Positions 45,218 to 54,251 of a stretch of 64,000 nucleotides of DNA are shown one piece after another. Position numbers and translations under genes: made by a program. The notes beneath the pieces are model-generated. The model was not told the DNA's origin. It saw only the letters and a list, made by a program, of their open reading frames with translations, and made no database searches. The stretch lies in the IMG/VR virus record IMGVR_UViG_3300011337_000669, one strand, 5' to 3'. Each line of letters starts with the position of its first letter. The first letter of the stretch is position 1. The stretch comes from a virus (Duplodnaviria > Caudoviricetes).

Positions 45218-46065
45218 AAGTTTTGAATATAATTTTTCAATCTATCTTTAGGTTCCCAACCAAGTCTTTCTAACGTGTCATTGTTTTCTCTCAAGGTCAC
45301 TCTATAATTTCCTTTTTGTTCTGGTATGTGAAGTTTATCAACTCCGAATTTTTCTTGGAACATTTCATAAACTTGGTTAATCGAATAGTTAGTTCCTGTA
45401 CCTAATTCCCAAGCATCATCATGTTTTTCACCACTGATAGTTATTTTATATAATCCATCAATGATATCCTCAACGTGAGTAAAATCACGTCTTTGTTCTC
45501 CGTCACCAACAATGGTTATCGGTAACCCATCTCTAACCTGTCTTCTCCATATCCCGATTACGGCCGCCCAATCTCCATCAACAATTTCTTTCGGACCATA
45601 TACGTTGTAGAATCTCGTAATTTCTACTTCAACACCATAACACTTTTGATATAGTTTACACAATTCTTCTCCCAAATGTTTGAAACAAGCATATGGCGAT
45701 TGAAACGGATCATGCCATCTTGATGATGATCCCGAATAGATAACCTTAACATTGAATCGTCTTGCCCATTCCAAAACAAATTTAGTCCCAATTGTATTAA
45801 CTCTGAAAGTTTCATTCGGATTCTCGAAGGAAGGTTGAATTCTAGATAATGCTGCCAAATGATAGACTAAATCAAAGTCATTACCATCCAAATCTTCTAT
45901 AGACTCAATATCTCCCTTGAGGTAGGTACAACCTTCTATATGGTTGTCTTCAGTGCCACTATCGTAGTTGTCTAAAGAAAAAACTTCATGTCCTTCTTTC
46001 AATAACCTATCGATAAGATTAGAACCAATGAATCCCGCCCCACCCGTTACTAATACTTTCTTCAT
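45214..46065 (-). CDS. NAD-dependent sugar epimerase/dehydratase
   Basis: VTGGAGFIGS, HLAA, YACFK (YxxxK), RYF-like RFYNVYGP, RDFTHVED. Confidence 0.93.
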   Translation of the reverse strand: MKKVLVTGGAGFIGSNLIDRLLKEGHEVFSLDNYDSGTEDNHIEGCTYLKGDIESIEDLDGNDFDLVYHLAALSRIQPSFENPNETFRVNTIGTKFVLEWARRFNVKVIYSGSSSRWHDPFQSPYACFKHLGEELCKLYQKCYGVEVEITRFYNVYGPKEIVDGDWAAVIGIWRRQVRDGLPITIVGDGEQRRDFTHVEDIIDGLYKITISGEKHDDAWELGTGTNYSINQVYEMFQEKFGVDKLHIPEQKGNYRVTLRENNDTLERLGWEPKDRLKNYIQNL

Positions 46066-46253
46066 TATTTATCCGAGTTATCTGTTGATGATGAACCCTC
46101 TTCTTGTTTTTTCTTAAACTCTTCCATTTGAAGTTTCATTGTTTCATTGAAAAGTTTCTGAATTGCAGATTGCTGTGTCTTAATGTTTTGATTTCTGTTC
46201 TCAACTCTTTTTCTGTGAGCCTTATCTCCACCTCTTACTTTTGATTTTCCCAT
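46065..46253 (-). CDS. Small basic hypothetical protein
   Basis: MGKSKVRGGDKAHRKRV. Confidence 0.75.
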   Translation of the reverse strand: MGKSKVRGGDKAHRKRVENRNQNIKTQQSAIQKLFNETMKLQMEEFKKKQEEGSSSTDNSDK

Positions 46254-46257
46254 TTTA

Positions 46258-46851
46258 TTAGTCGTTTAATGTAAATAATTGAACGGTTACACCTTTTCCA
46301 TTGGTTGCTTGAAAGTCATAATCAACTTCCAATTCACTTCCTTTGAAGAAAACTTTATCAATGAAATCATAATCTGCGTAGTCAGTTCCTATTGTACCAG
46401 GAATATATGAAAAATCTTTTGGTGTTGGAACTTCTTCAGATTCAAAATTGAATCCATAAATAATTCCTTTGTTTTCTTCCATGAAAAGCAAAACATTCTC
46501 ATTCTCTCCTTCAGAAGGATATCCATGATAATCGACACTTTCGTAATTCTCGTCAATCTCATAATGGTCGGTCATTTCGTCCAACTTGAATGTTGAAATA
46601 TCTTCACCATTTTCATCTGCAATTATGAAACTAAGTCCATCGTTGTCAGATGGTTTGTCAATAACCCACATATTTGTGTTAAAGGGTTCATAACCTTCAA
46701 CGATTGTTTCCAAGTCCCAAGCCATTTCACTCAGATCCTCATATCCATTTTCTTCTTGATATTCTTGAATATCTTGAACCTGTTGGTCAGTAATAGATTG
46801 TGCGGATGCATTCAATTCCCACCCGTAAACTTTTAATTGATACTTTGCCAT
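46258..46851 (-). CDS. Acidic hypothetical protein
   Basis: 197-aa ORF. Confidence 0.8.
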   Translation of the reverse strand: MAKYQLKVYGWELNASAQSITDQQVQDIQEYQEENGYEDLSEMAWDLETIVEGYEPFNTNMWVIDKPSDNDGLSFIIADENGEDISTFKLDEMTDHYEIDENYESVDYHGYPSEGENENVLLFMEENKGIIYGFNFESEEVPTPKDFSYIPGTIGTDYADYDFIDKVFFKGSELEVDYDFQATNGKGVTVQLFTLND

Positions 46852-46888
46852 TGTTTTTTTAGTTATTTGTTTGTGATAAATTTGTTTT

Positions 46889-47242
46889 TTACTCTGATTT
46901 AGGTCGATTGACTTCGAACCATTCTATAATAGCGTTTATTGCCCACACAGATCCCGATGACAAAAATGCATCAAAAAACCAAGAAATCCAAATAGGTACG
47001 TCAAGAATATGGCTAACAGGTGAATAAATTGTTAATGCCAAAAACCAACCAGCGTGGAACCCGAAACACATCATGCAGGACATCATTTCGGTTAAAAACT
47101 TCCCTAAGTCACTAAAGACATAATATTCTTCCTCTCCCCATTTTCTAATCCAAGTTCTTGGTCTATTAAAAATACTTCCATAAACAACGATATTACTTAA
47201 ACCGTAAGCCAATATCATCCATAGTAATAATTGTGTAAACAT
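46889..47242 (-). CDS. Membrane protein with CxxC (DUF1360-like)
   Basis: Start moved to MFTQLLLW at 47242; MMSCMMCFGFHAGW; several TM helices. Confidence 0.7.
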   Translation of the reverse strand: MFTQLLLWMILAYGLSNIVVYGSIFNRPRTWIRKWGEEEYYVFSDLGKFLTEMMSCMMCFGFHAGWFLALTIYSPVSHILDVPIWISWFFDAFLSSGSVWAINAIIEWFEVNRPKSE

Positions 47243-47249
47243 ATTTTTT

Positions 47250-48149
47250 TTATTTATATAGTGTGTCGTCCAAATTTGAACCTTTGAGGAATGCCGCTTT
47301 CCTATCTTGTTGAAACTTTTGAATTTCTTGAATAGTTTTTTCGTATTCCATAATTTTTTTATCTTTCTCGATATTGTCAAGTTTAAGCTTTTGGACAGTA
47401 TTCTGAATTGCGTCCAATTTTGATTTCAATCCAATATCAGTACTTTCTTTTTCAATAACCACTTCCTTAATAATTTCCACAGGAACTTCTTTAATCACTT
47501 CAACTACTTTTTCGAGTGGTGGAGTTTGTCTAAGAATGTCTAAAGAATGTCTAAGTTCGTCTAATTCTTTATCCTTTTTAGACATTTCTTCTTGGAAAAT
47601 ATTTTCCATTTCTTGAGTCTTAGTGGAAAATATTTTGCGTTGTTCTTCGAATTCCTGTTCTTTTTGGAAAATTTTTGTGTTCATCTCTTCTTGGTCAGTA
47701 ACATAAACTACTTTCTCAACAGGAACCTCTTTGATGACATCCTTAATTACCACCTTCTCAACTGGTATTTCTTTGATAATCTCAACGACATTTTCAACAA
47801 CCCTTTCAACAGGAACTTCTTTAATAATTTCTACAACCTTTTCGACAGGTACTTCTTTGATGATTTCTTTGTAGACTATTTTCTCAACAGGTTTTTCTAC
47901 TTCAACATATTCAATCTTAACCACCTCTTTGATAACTTCAACTGGAATCTCCACCCGTTTTTCAACAATAACCTCCTTTTCCACCTGTTTTTCACGAGTT
48001 CCACCCACATTTAACAAACCATACCTTTCAATGTTAAATCCTTCAAGGTAAGATTTCTTAATCACCTCACTAATTCTAAAGTCATTCATATTACAATATG
48101 TAATGAGATCTTTGTTTTCAGTGGAAGAAAGGTTTAGTTTATATTCCAT
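47250..48149 (-). CDS. Protein with EVPVEK/V-E-K-rich repeats and coiled coil
   Basis: Repeated IKEVPVEKVV units; C-terminal coiled coil ending FLKGSNLDDTLYK. Confidence 0.85.
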   Translation of the reverse strand: MEYKLNLSSTENKDLITYCNMNDFRISEVIKKSYLEGFNIERYGLLNVGGTREKQVEKEVIVEKRVEIPVEVIKEVVKIEYVEVEKPVEKIVYKEIIKEVPVEKVVEIIKEVPVERVVENVVEIIKEIPVEKVVIKDVIKEVPVEKVVYVTDQEEMNTKIFQKEQEFEEQRKIFSTKTQEMENIFQEEMSKKDKELDELRHSLDILRQTPPLEKVVEVIKEVPVEIIKEVVIEKESTDIGLKSKLDAIQNTVQKLKLDNIEKDKKIMEYEKTIQEIQKFQQDRKAAFLKGSNLDDTLYK

Positions 48150-48374
48150 TTAGTAATTTACAAGTTTTTCGGTTCCCTCTGATAAAGAATCAATTGAGTT
48201 AATATAGAATTTCAAGAAAGGTTTTGGGTTTGGTAGGTTTATGAATGTATAATCATCTTTTTCAAGTTCATATACACCATACCCATGCTGACTAATATTT
48301 TCACCGAAGTTCTGTTGTATTGTTGAACCAACTTGAATTACAGGTATTTTTTTTCTTAATTTAACTTTTGCCAT
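48150..48374 (-). CDS. sbcD: SbcD/Mre11-like nuclease, C-terminal fragment
   Basis: VGSTIQQNFGE...HGYGVYEL is the segment that normally follows phosphoesterase motif V. Confidence 0.8.
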   Translation of the reverse strand: MAKVKLRKKIPVIQVGSTIQQNFGENISQHGYGVYELEKDDYTFINLPNPKPFLKFYINSIDSLSEGTEKLVNY

Positions 48375-49276
48375 ATTTCTTTCATTTTATTTATTACTTC
48401 TTCTTTTTTATTCTTCACATCACTACCCCAAAATCTAACTATTTCATACCCATTTTTAATCGCAAACTCTTCTTTTATTTTATCGTTCTCTTGAACTGAT
48501 TTTTGGAATTCACTTACCTCATTAAAAATATTTTTATTTCCGTGCCAATAATCACCATCAACTTCTATTAAAATATTACTATTGCATATTAAAAAATCAT
48601 ATTCTCTATACCAAAAGTTAATTTTATCTTTATCATAAATTCTAAATTTAACTTGGTAAGATATGTTTAACTCAATTAAAATATCTTCAAAAATTATTTC
48701 AATATCGGTTTTTTTACCAAAATGATGAGAATATTCCATTAACATATCTGTAGAACTTTTTCCATATAAATTAATTGTTGTTTTATCACATTTTCTATCA
48801 CCATACTTACCTGTCCAATTGTGACTAACACCATATCTTTCCATCATAGTTTCTTTCCTTTTTCTAATAGATTCATCATCCATTCCAGGGTAATAACCAT
48901 TTTTTTCAATAAACTTAGAAATACCTTCTTTTATTTTATCCGCATATTCTTTTGTTTGCCACAATTTTTTACTAATTTCAGACCTAAGTTTCCTTTCATC
49001 GTTACTAACTATCCTATCGAAACTTGGGTTAGTTGTCCCGGTATATAACATTTTTTGGTGAGCATCTTTACATTCCCTACAACAATATTTACTCTTTCCT
49101 TTTTTTAATTTATTCGGTAATGTATAAAATTCTGTTTCACAATATAAACAAGTTGTTTTTACTTTTTCTAATTTAGGTTTTCGGTAAGACTGATGTTGGC
49201 ATTCAACAGAACAATATTTTTGTTTCTTTTGTCTTGCATTGTAATTTTCATTACACATTTCACATATTTTCTCCAT
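48356..49276 (-). mobile_element. Free-standing endonuclease gene (Zn modules and DUF559/Vsr-like nuclease) inserted in sbcD
   Basis: Two CxxC...YCxxxC modules; C-terminal YDF...LIEVDGDYWHG...NDKIK...GYEIVRFW; own TATTTAT at 49297-49303. Confidence 0.85.
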
Positions 49277-49330
49277 AGTTTTATTGTATTATACTAATAA
49301 ATATCTACAATTCAACAAAAGTTTAGAGAA

Positions 49331-49975
49331 TTACACCTTTTCCCAACCTTTTTTTAGGTATTCTTCAACTTTACTTTCATCAACCTCAATAACAGAATCA
49401 GTGTATAATGTTTGCCTTAAATGTATATCACCGCATAAAACTATTTCAGTCCCATTAAATTTACTAATATCATACGAATCTTCACCAAACGAAAATCCTA
49501 AATCAGTTTTTAATCCATTTATCGGTCCGTGAAATAACCCAATATTAACATTATTGTTTTGCGGTATATCCGGTGGAATGTTGTGTTCCATCAAAGAATA
49601 TACACACCAATTAACGTTTTCATCCTCATAAACCCCACGGTTCTTATAATAAACTATGTTTGGATTTTTCAATGTGTCAATAATAGGGGTTAAAGTATCA
49701 AGTCTTTCTAAATTAGACTCGATCATATCATGATTTCCTATTATTATAATAGTTTTGGATATGTTTGCACACTCAGTAAGTATCCAAGCAACAAATTCCA
49801 CCAACTCAGGTGTCATCTGATTTTTGGAATGTACCAAGTCCCCCGTAAAAACTATTCTGTCAGGTTGTAAAGTTCTCCATTCTTTCAACGCAGACTCAAG
49901 GATTCCACGATATAAATCATGGTCCTTGAATAGTCTTACGTGTAAGTCAGAAAAATGAACTAGTCTGTTAATCAT
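49331..49975 (-). CDS. sbcD: SbcD/Mre11-like metallophosphoesterase, N-terminal fragment
   Basis: HFSDLH, TGDLVH, GNHD, LFHG and GDIH motifs I-V; start moved to MINRL at 49975. Confidence 0.9.
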   Translation of the reverse strand: MINRLVHFSDLHVRLFKDHDLYRGILESALKEWRTLQPDRIVFTGDLVHSKNQMTPELVEFVAWILTECANISKTIIIIGNHDMIESNLERLDTLTPIIDTLKNPNIVYYKNRGVYEDENVNWCVYSLMEHNIPPDIPQNNNVNIGLFHGPINGLKTDLGFSFGEDSYDISKFNGTEIVLCGDIHLRQTLYTDSVIEVDESKVEEYLKKGWEKV

Positions 49976-50201
49976 TAATGATAACTTTCGGTTCTTCAAA
50001 AGGATTGAATCCTTTGTTTATGTGTCCACAAGAATCACACTTGTAGATTGGAAATGGTACAGTTGTGTCTTCGGATGAACCAGTCATCAACTTTGGAACT
50101 AACTTCAGGTAAGTAACTTCTCTGAAATAAACTCCTCCACAATTATCACATTTGATTGTCGGTACGTCTCTTAAATTAATTTTAGGTTTTTCTAACTCCA
50201 T
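49968..50201 (-). CDS. Zn-ribbon protein
   Basis: CDNCGG...YKCDSCGH. Confidence 0.8.
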   Translation of the reverse strand: MELEKPKINLRDVPTIKCDNCGGVYFREVTYLKLVPKLMTGSSEDTTVPFPIYKCDSCGHINKGFNPFEEPKVIIND

Positions 50202-51066
50202 ATTTTGTTTTGTTTAATGATTCTATAAATGATTCTACTTTTGTTTGTGCCTTATTAATATAAGATAAATCCCCACCTTCATCAAGTCTAGACAAGTGTA
50301 ACTCGAACTTTGTAAAATCAAGTTTACTGATTGTGTTTACAAATGAGTTGACGAAGTCTTTGCTCAATTTAGCTTCTCTCGTCTTAAGGAAGTGATATCT
50401 AAAGGTTGTGAAGATTTGAAATAACTTTTCGATGTCCCATTCACTCGCAATTAAATGACTCTCATGAGCATACTTATCCTTCACATCATATATCTTAATA
50501 CTTTCGTTCAACCCTCCTTGAGCAAACTCAAGGTACAAAGCAACTTTCCTGTAGTTTTCATTCTTGGTTTCTGTTTTATCAATCAGGTATGCAAGAAATC
50601 CGTCTCGAGTGTAGTTCTTAAAAATTGATTCGTTGTTTTTAGTTGTAGTACACCATTTTGTGTTCGCTCCATACTTCATGGAACCTTTATGGGTTTTGGG
50701 TTGAAGTAAAATAAACTCTTCCGTCTCAAGGAGAACATTGATATGGTCTTCCTTTACGAAAGATTTTTCTTCTTTTGCTTGTTCCGCAATTTCAATGATA
50801 TCGATTAACTTTTGGTAATTGCCATAATATTCTTTGGAATAAATGTCTTTATTGTCGATGTATGGTAGCAACTCATTAAACTTAATGACATCTTTAATGA
50901 TACTACCAGTCGTTCTATAAGGTGCAAGAATTTTCCTATCCTCCCAAGTTTTCAACATATAGTCCAAATACTTTTTTGTTGGCGTGGTATCTGCTTCAAC
51001 AAATTTAGTGAAACTTGCTGGAGAAACCTGAGAATATTTCTTTTTCAAATCATCTACCTTTGACAT
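50182..51066 (-). CDS. Protein with 'YG...TKWCT' domain
   Basis: SMKYGANTKWCTT...FKNYTRDGFLAYLID; start probably ATG 51066. Confidence 0.8.
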   Translation of the reverse strand: MSKVDDLKKKYSQVSPASFTKFVEADTTPTKKYLDYMLKTWEDRKILAPYRTTGSIIKDVIKFNELLPYIDNKDIYSKEYYGNYQKLIDIIEIAEQAKEEKSFVKEDHINVLLETEEFILLQPKTHKGSMKYGANTKWCTTTKNNESIFKNYTRDGFLAYLIDKTETKNENYRKVALYLEFAQGGLNESIKIYDVKDKYAHESHLIASEWDIEKLFQIFTTFRYHFLKTREAKLSKDFVNSFVNTISKLDFTKFELHLSRLDEGGDLSYINKAQTKVESFIESLNKTKYGVRKT

Positions 51067-51127
51067 ATCGACCTTACAATTAATGTTAGACACAATAGTA
51101 CGAATAATTTTTGACTTTTCAAAAAAA

Positions 51128-51145
51128 AACCACCCTTCGGTGGTT
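51128..51145 (-). terminator. Intrinsic terminator
   Basis: aaccacc-cttc-ggtggtt with an A-run on the left (U-tract on the minus strand). Confidence 0.8.
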
Positions 51146-51986
51146 ATTTCTTTAGATACTTTTTCATATCCATTCTCATAATAATATCAATTACTTCTTG
51201 AGGGACTTTATACTCATCATAAGAAGAATCCTCCTTTAAGTGAGATATCACACATCCATACAACTTAAGATTCTCGTATTTGGTTCCCTGTAACATTTTT
51301 ACCAGTAACTTACCATAGAAAGGTAGTTGAAGGTAATAGTGGCCCAAAGCAGTATCAGGGTACTTACCGAATGGTTCTTTAAGTCTTTTAGTATAACTTG
51401 TTTCTTGGAAATTTTTTGGTTTGTTTGTTTTATAATCTGTTATGACAATCCCATATTCAGTTTTATCACGATTCATCATTAACCACACTTTATCGGGAGC
51501 TCCAGTATATCCCAATTCAGGATGTCCCAACACCATTTCCGTATCAAGTAATACTGCACCTCTTTCTTCCATTAAATTTAGGTATTTCTTACCCGCAACA
51601 ATCATATTATCACCCTTCATTATCTGTGTTAAATCACACTTGAACTCAGGTTGTCTGACCTCTTTATAATTCCCATTTCTCTTAATAAGTTCAGTTTCTA
51701 ACACAAAGTGAACACGACTTCCTATATTTGTAGAGTATTCACCTGCGGCCGCCCACTCTTCTATAAGTTCTTGTTGACGTTGAGGATTTCCACCCGCTTT
51801 ATTATACGCAGCCTCTTCGGTTGGAAACTCTGTATAGAATTTCTTTAATACTTTCGAAACGGATGGATAATCTGTCCTACCGTTCATTGTATATATGTGG
51901 TTTTCTTCTTCAAAAGAAAGTCCAAATTCAGTTTGTTTTTGGGTAATAATATCTCTTATTTCTTTTGTGATATTGTTTAAATTCAT
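51144..51986 (-). CDS. PD-(D/E)xK exonuclease
   Basis: GSRVH...TEMVL...GAPDKVW...ITDYKTNK...YYLQLPFY. Confidence 0.85.
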   Translation of the reverse strand: MNLNNITKEIRDIITQKQTEFGLSFEEENHIYTMNGRTDYPSVSKVLKKFYTEFPTEEAAYNKAGGNPQRQQELIEEWAAAGEYSTNIGSRVHFVLETELIKRNGNYKEVRQPEFKCDLTQIMKGDNMIVAGKKYLNLMEERGAVLLDTEMVLGHPELGYTGAPDKVWLMMNRDKTEYGIVITDYKTNKPKNFQETSYTKRLKEPFGKYPDTALGHYYLQLPFYGKLLVKMLQGTKYENLKLYGCVISHLKEDSSYDEYKVPQEVIDIIMRMDMKKYLKK

Positions 51987-52609
51987 ATTAATTTAGTTCC
52001 TTTTTTTAAGTTTTCTTCTCCCCATAATGGTTGAAGATTAGTATAATGACAAAGTTTATAAACATCTTCTTCTGTTTTTGCAGATGATAATGGTATAATA
52101 TGGTCAATATGCCAACCAAAAAATCCGTGATTATCCCAAGACATCCCAGTCTTAAATTGTTTTTCAATATGTTCTTTTAATTCTTTAGGATTACATCCAA
52201 CAATTTCAAACGTAGTATTTTTTTTAGTAATTTGTCTAGAATTCAAAAATAATTTCACTCTATTCTTCATGTTTGTTCTTAACCTAAAAATTTCATTTTC
52301 AGTATATTGTTTTTTAATTCTTTCATTTATTTTTATTCTATTTTTTTTACGATATTCTTTTTCTTTCTCTGAATTTTTTTTGTGTTTTTCCGCGGTTCTT
52401 TTTAATTCTTTATCATGATTATTCCAATAATTCTCTCGATGTCTTTTTCTTGTTTTTTCTAGGTTTATTATTTTATTATTATATTCGTTATAATAAACCC
52501 TTCTACAAACTTTACATCTATTCGAATATCCGTATTTTACACCGTTTCTTTTATCAAATTCACAAAGTTTTTTTTCAAGATTGCATTTTTTACAAATTTT
52601 TGTTTCCAT
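51983..52609 (-). CDS. HNH-type free-standing endonuclease (paralog 2 of 3)
   Basis: KICKKC...CKVC N-terminus; WHIDHIIPLSSAKTEEDVYKLCHYTNLQPLW. Confidence 0.85.
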   Translation of the reverse strand: METKICKKCNLEKKLCEFDKRNGVKYGYSNRCKVCRRVYYNEYNNKIINLEKTRKRHRENYWNNHDKELKRTAEKHKKNSEKEKEYRKKNRIKINERIKKQYTENEIFRLRTNMKNRVKLFLNSRQITKKNTTFEIVGCNPKELKEHIEKQFKTGMSWDNHGFFGWHIDHIIPLSSAKTEEDVYKLCHYTNLQPLWGEENLKKGTKLI

Positions 52610-52751
52610 TTTCCTTATGTGTTTCTAACAAATGGTTTATTAAAGATGATAAATTAACATGTAAACTCCTATAATAATCCAAAAGTTCTGGTTTCAATGC
52701 TATAGATATACTTTGTTTTTTATCTTCAGGTTTTTTCTTTACTCTTCCCAT
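52590..52751 (-). CDS. Small ribbon-helix-helix-like protein
   Basis: MGRVKKKPEDKKQSISIALKPELLDYYRSLHVNLSSLINHLL; start at 52751 behind TATTTAT at 52756-52762. Confidence 0.65.
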   Translation of the reverse strand: MGRVKKKPEDKKQSISIALKPELLDYYRSLHVNLSSLINHLLETHKENGNKNL

Positions 52752-52798
52752 AATAATAAATATCTCAGATGTGTCAAAAATTGTTATTTTTAACAATT

Positions 52799-53713
52799 TT
52801 ATTTTATTTCGTAATAGTACTCATCTATTCTGCCTCTCAAATCTGCAACATCCATTCCTTTTGGTGGTTTGATTATCTTTATTTTGTTATACAATCTTCC
52901 ACCATTAAGAGTGTGGTATAATTTTAATGCGTCAGTCCATGCATCCTCATCTAAACATATTATAATATTTCCGTTCGCCTTATTGTATATTGTTGCAAAC
53001 ATTAATTCACACATTTTCTTTCCCAACATTACTATGGGGTTATCCAAAAAAAACGAATCAAATACTCCTTCACACACATATATGTCTTTTTCCCAATCTA
53101 TATTATTTTCACCAAAAATAATTTCATCCTTAGGTACTGATGGATTCTTGTATTTCATTTTTTTTGGAACGAACGACCTTGCAACAAAATAATTTAAGGT
53201 GTTTTCGGTGTTATAAGACGGTACAATAATTCTGTAGGCAAAGTCACCACTTACGGTATAACCTATCTTGAACCTCTCAATCATCTCATCAGTAATACCT
53301 CTTGATTGGAGGTATCGATATGCTTCCATGTGTGGAATGAATCTTGGATTGGAATCTTGAAATGTGGTGTAACCTTCAGGTAGTCTGAGTTTTGGACGTT
53401 TGATGTCTTCCTGTTTGAGTTCCTCAGGTTTGATTAAGTTATAAACCTTCTTTTGACTTTTGGTAGCATACTGGTCAAATAGTTTCCCTAATGGTCCATG
53501 AGTTCCGTGAGTTTCTGAGCACGCCCAACACTTGTACACATGCTTACTGTAGTTGATTTCCAAGTTACCTTTACCATCACCGTCATCCAAACCTTTTTCT
53601 TCAGCACAGACAGGGCAATTGAACGCGACTTGAAATTTTGATTCGTAGTGTTGTTTATAATCACCAAGAAACTCTGTGAGTAATTCTATTAATACGTCAA
53701 CCTCGTCTGTCAT
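52799..53713 (-). CDS. dnaG: DNA primase (Zn-finger and TOPRIM)
   Basis: FNCPVC...YKCWAC, YLQSRGI, RIIVPSY, YFVARS, KYKNP, VCEGVFD, CLDED. Confidence 0.9.
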   Translation of the reverse strand: MTDEVDVLIELLTEFLGDYKQHYESKFQVAFNCPVCAEEKGLDDGDGKGNLEINYSKHVYKCWACSETHGTHGPLGKLFDQYATKSQKKVYNLIKPEELKQEDIKRPKLRLPEGYTTFQDSNPRFIPHMEAYRYLQSRGITDEMIERFKIGYTVSGDFAYRIIVPSYNTENTLNYFVARSFVPKKMKYKNPSVPKDEIIFGENNIDWEKDIYVCEGVFDSFFLDNPIVMLGKKMCELMFATIYNKANGNIIICLDEDAWTDALKLYHTLNGGRLYNKIKIIKPPKGMDVADLRGRIDEYYYEIK

Positions 53714-53730
53714 TCTACAAGTATAATCAA

Positions 53731-53898
53731 TTATTCCTCATTATCATCAGGATAGGGATTCAACCCAACAATGTTTTTTCTCCACCATATCATAACAGGG
53801 TGAGTTTCATCAAGATACCTTTCAATAAAATAATAAGCAATCGCGAATACGGTTGTCATAGTTAAACAACCGAAATAGAATAGAATCAACCAATCCAT
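53731..53898 (-). CDS. 55-aa membrane protein (not in ORF track)
   Basis: Hand translation MDWLILFYFGCLTMTTVFAIAYYFIERYLDETHPVMIWWRKNIVGLNPYPDDNEE*. Confidence 0.65.
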   Translation of the reverse strand: MDWLILFYFGCLTMTTVFAIAYYFIERYLDETHPVMIWWRKNIVGLNPYPDDNEE

Positions 53899-54251
53899 TT
53901 TATGGTGTTTATATCTGCCTTATAATTCAGTCGAACCCCAAAAATTGACAAATGAGATTGTAGGTGACTAAAAAAGAATCTACGCATCACTCCATAGAGT
54001 TTTACTTTGGAAATACGTTCGAAATCTTTTGTGTATTGTTGGTGATCGAACCAAATTAGACCACCTACGTATTTAACATGAATTTTTCCTACGAAAGTAA
54101 CATCAACCTGTTCTTCGAAATCATACTGGCGATAGTGGGTGATTTGAATGGTTCCATCCAAATTATCGTCTTTGATATTCAAAGTACCGTACTTCTTGAC
54201 AACTCGTCTGAGTGCTTTTGCTTCGGGGGTTTTGACTACGTATCTTTTCAT
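53886..54251 (-). CDS. Hypothetical protein
   Basis: ORF track; TATCTTAG at 54256-54263 ends 4 nt before the ATG. Confidence 0.75.
   Translation of the reverse strand: MKRYVVKTPEAKALRRVVKKYGTLNIKDDNLDGTIQITHYRQYDFEEQVDVTFVGKIHVKYVGGLIWFDHQQYTKDFERISKVKLYGVMRRFFFSHLQSHLSIFGVRLNYKADINTIKWIG

Noticed and set aside
48356-49330. Group I or II intron carrying the endonuclease inside sbcD
   Set aside because: Only 54 nt (mostly promoter) lie 5' of the endonuclease ORF, and its 3' end overlaps the downstream fragment, leaving no room for a ribozyme core.
51144-51986. Cas4 / CRISPR adaptation gene
   Set aside because: The PD-(D/E)xK motif is present, but the Fe-S cysteine cluster, cas1/cas2 and any array are absent; a replication exonuclease is more plausible.
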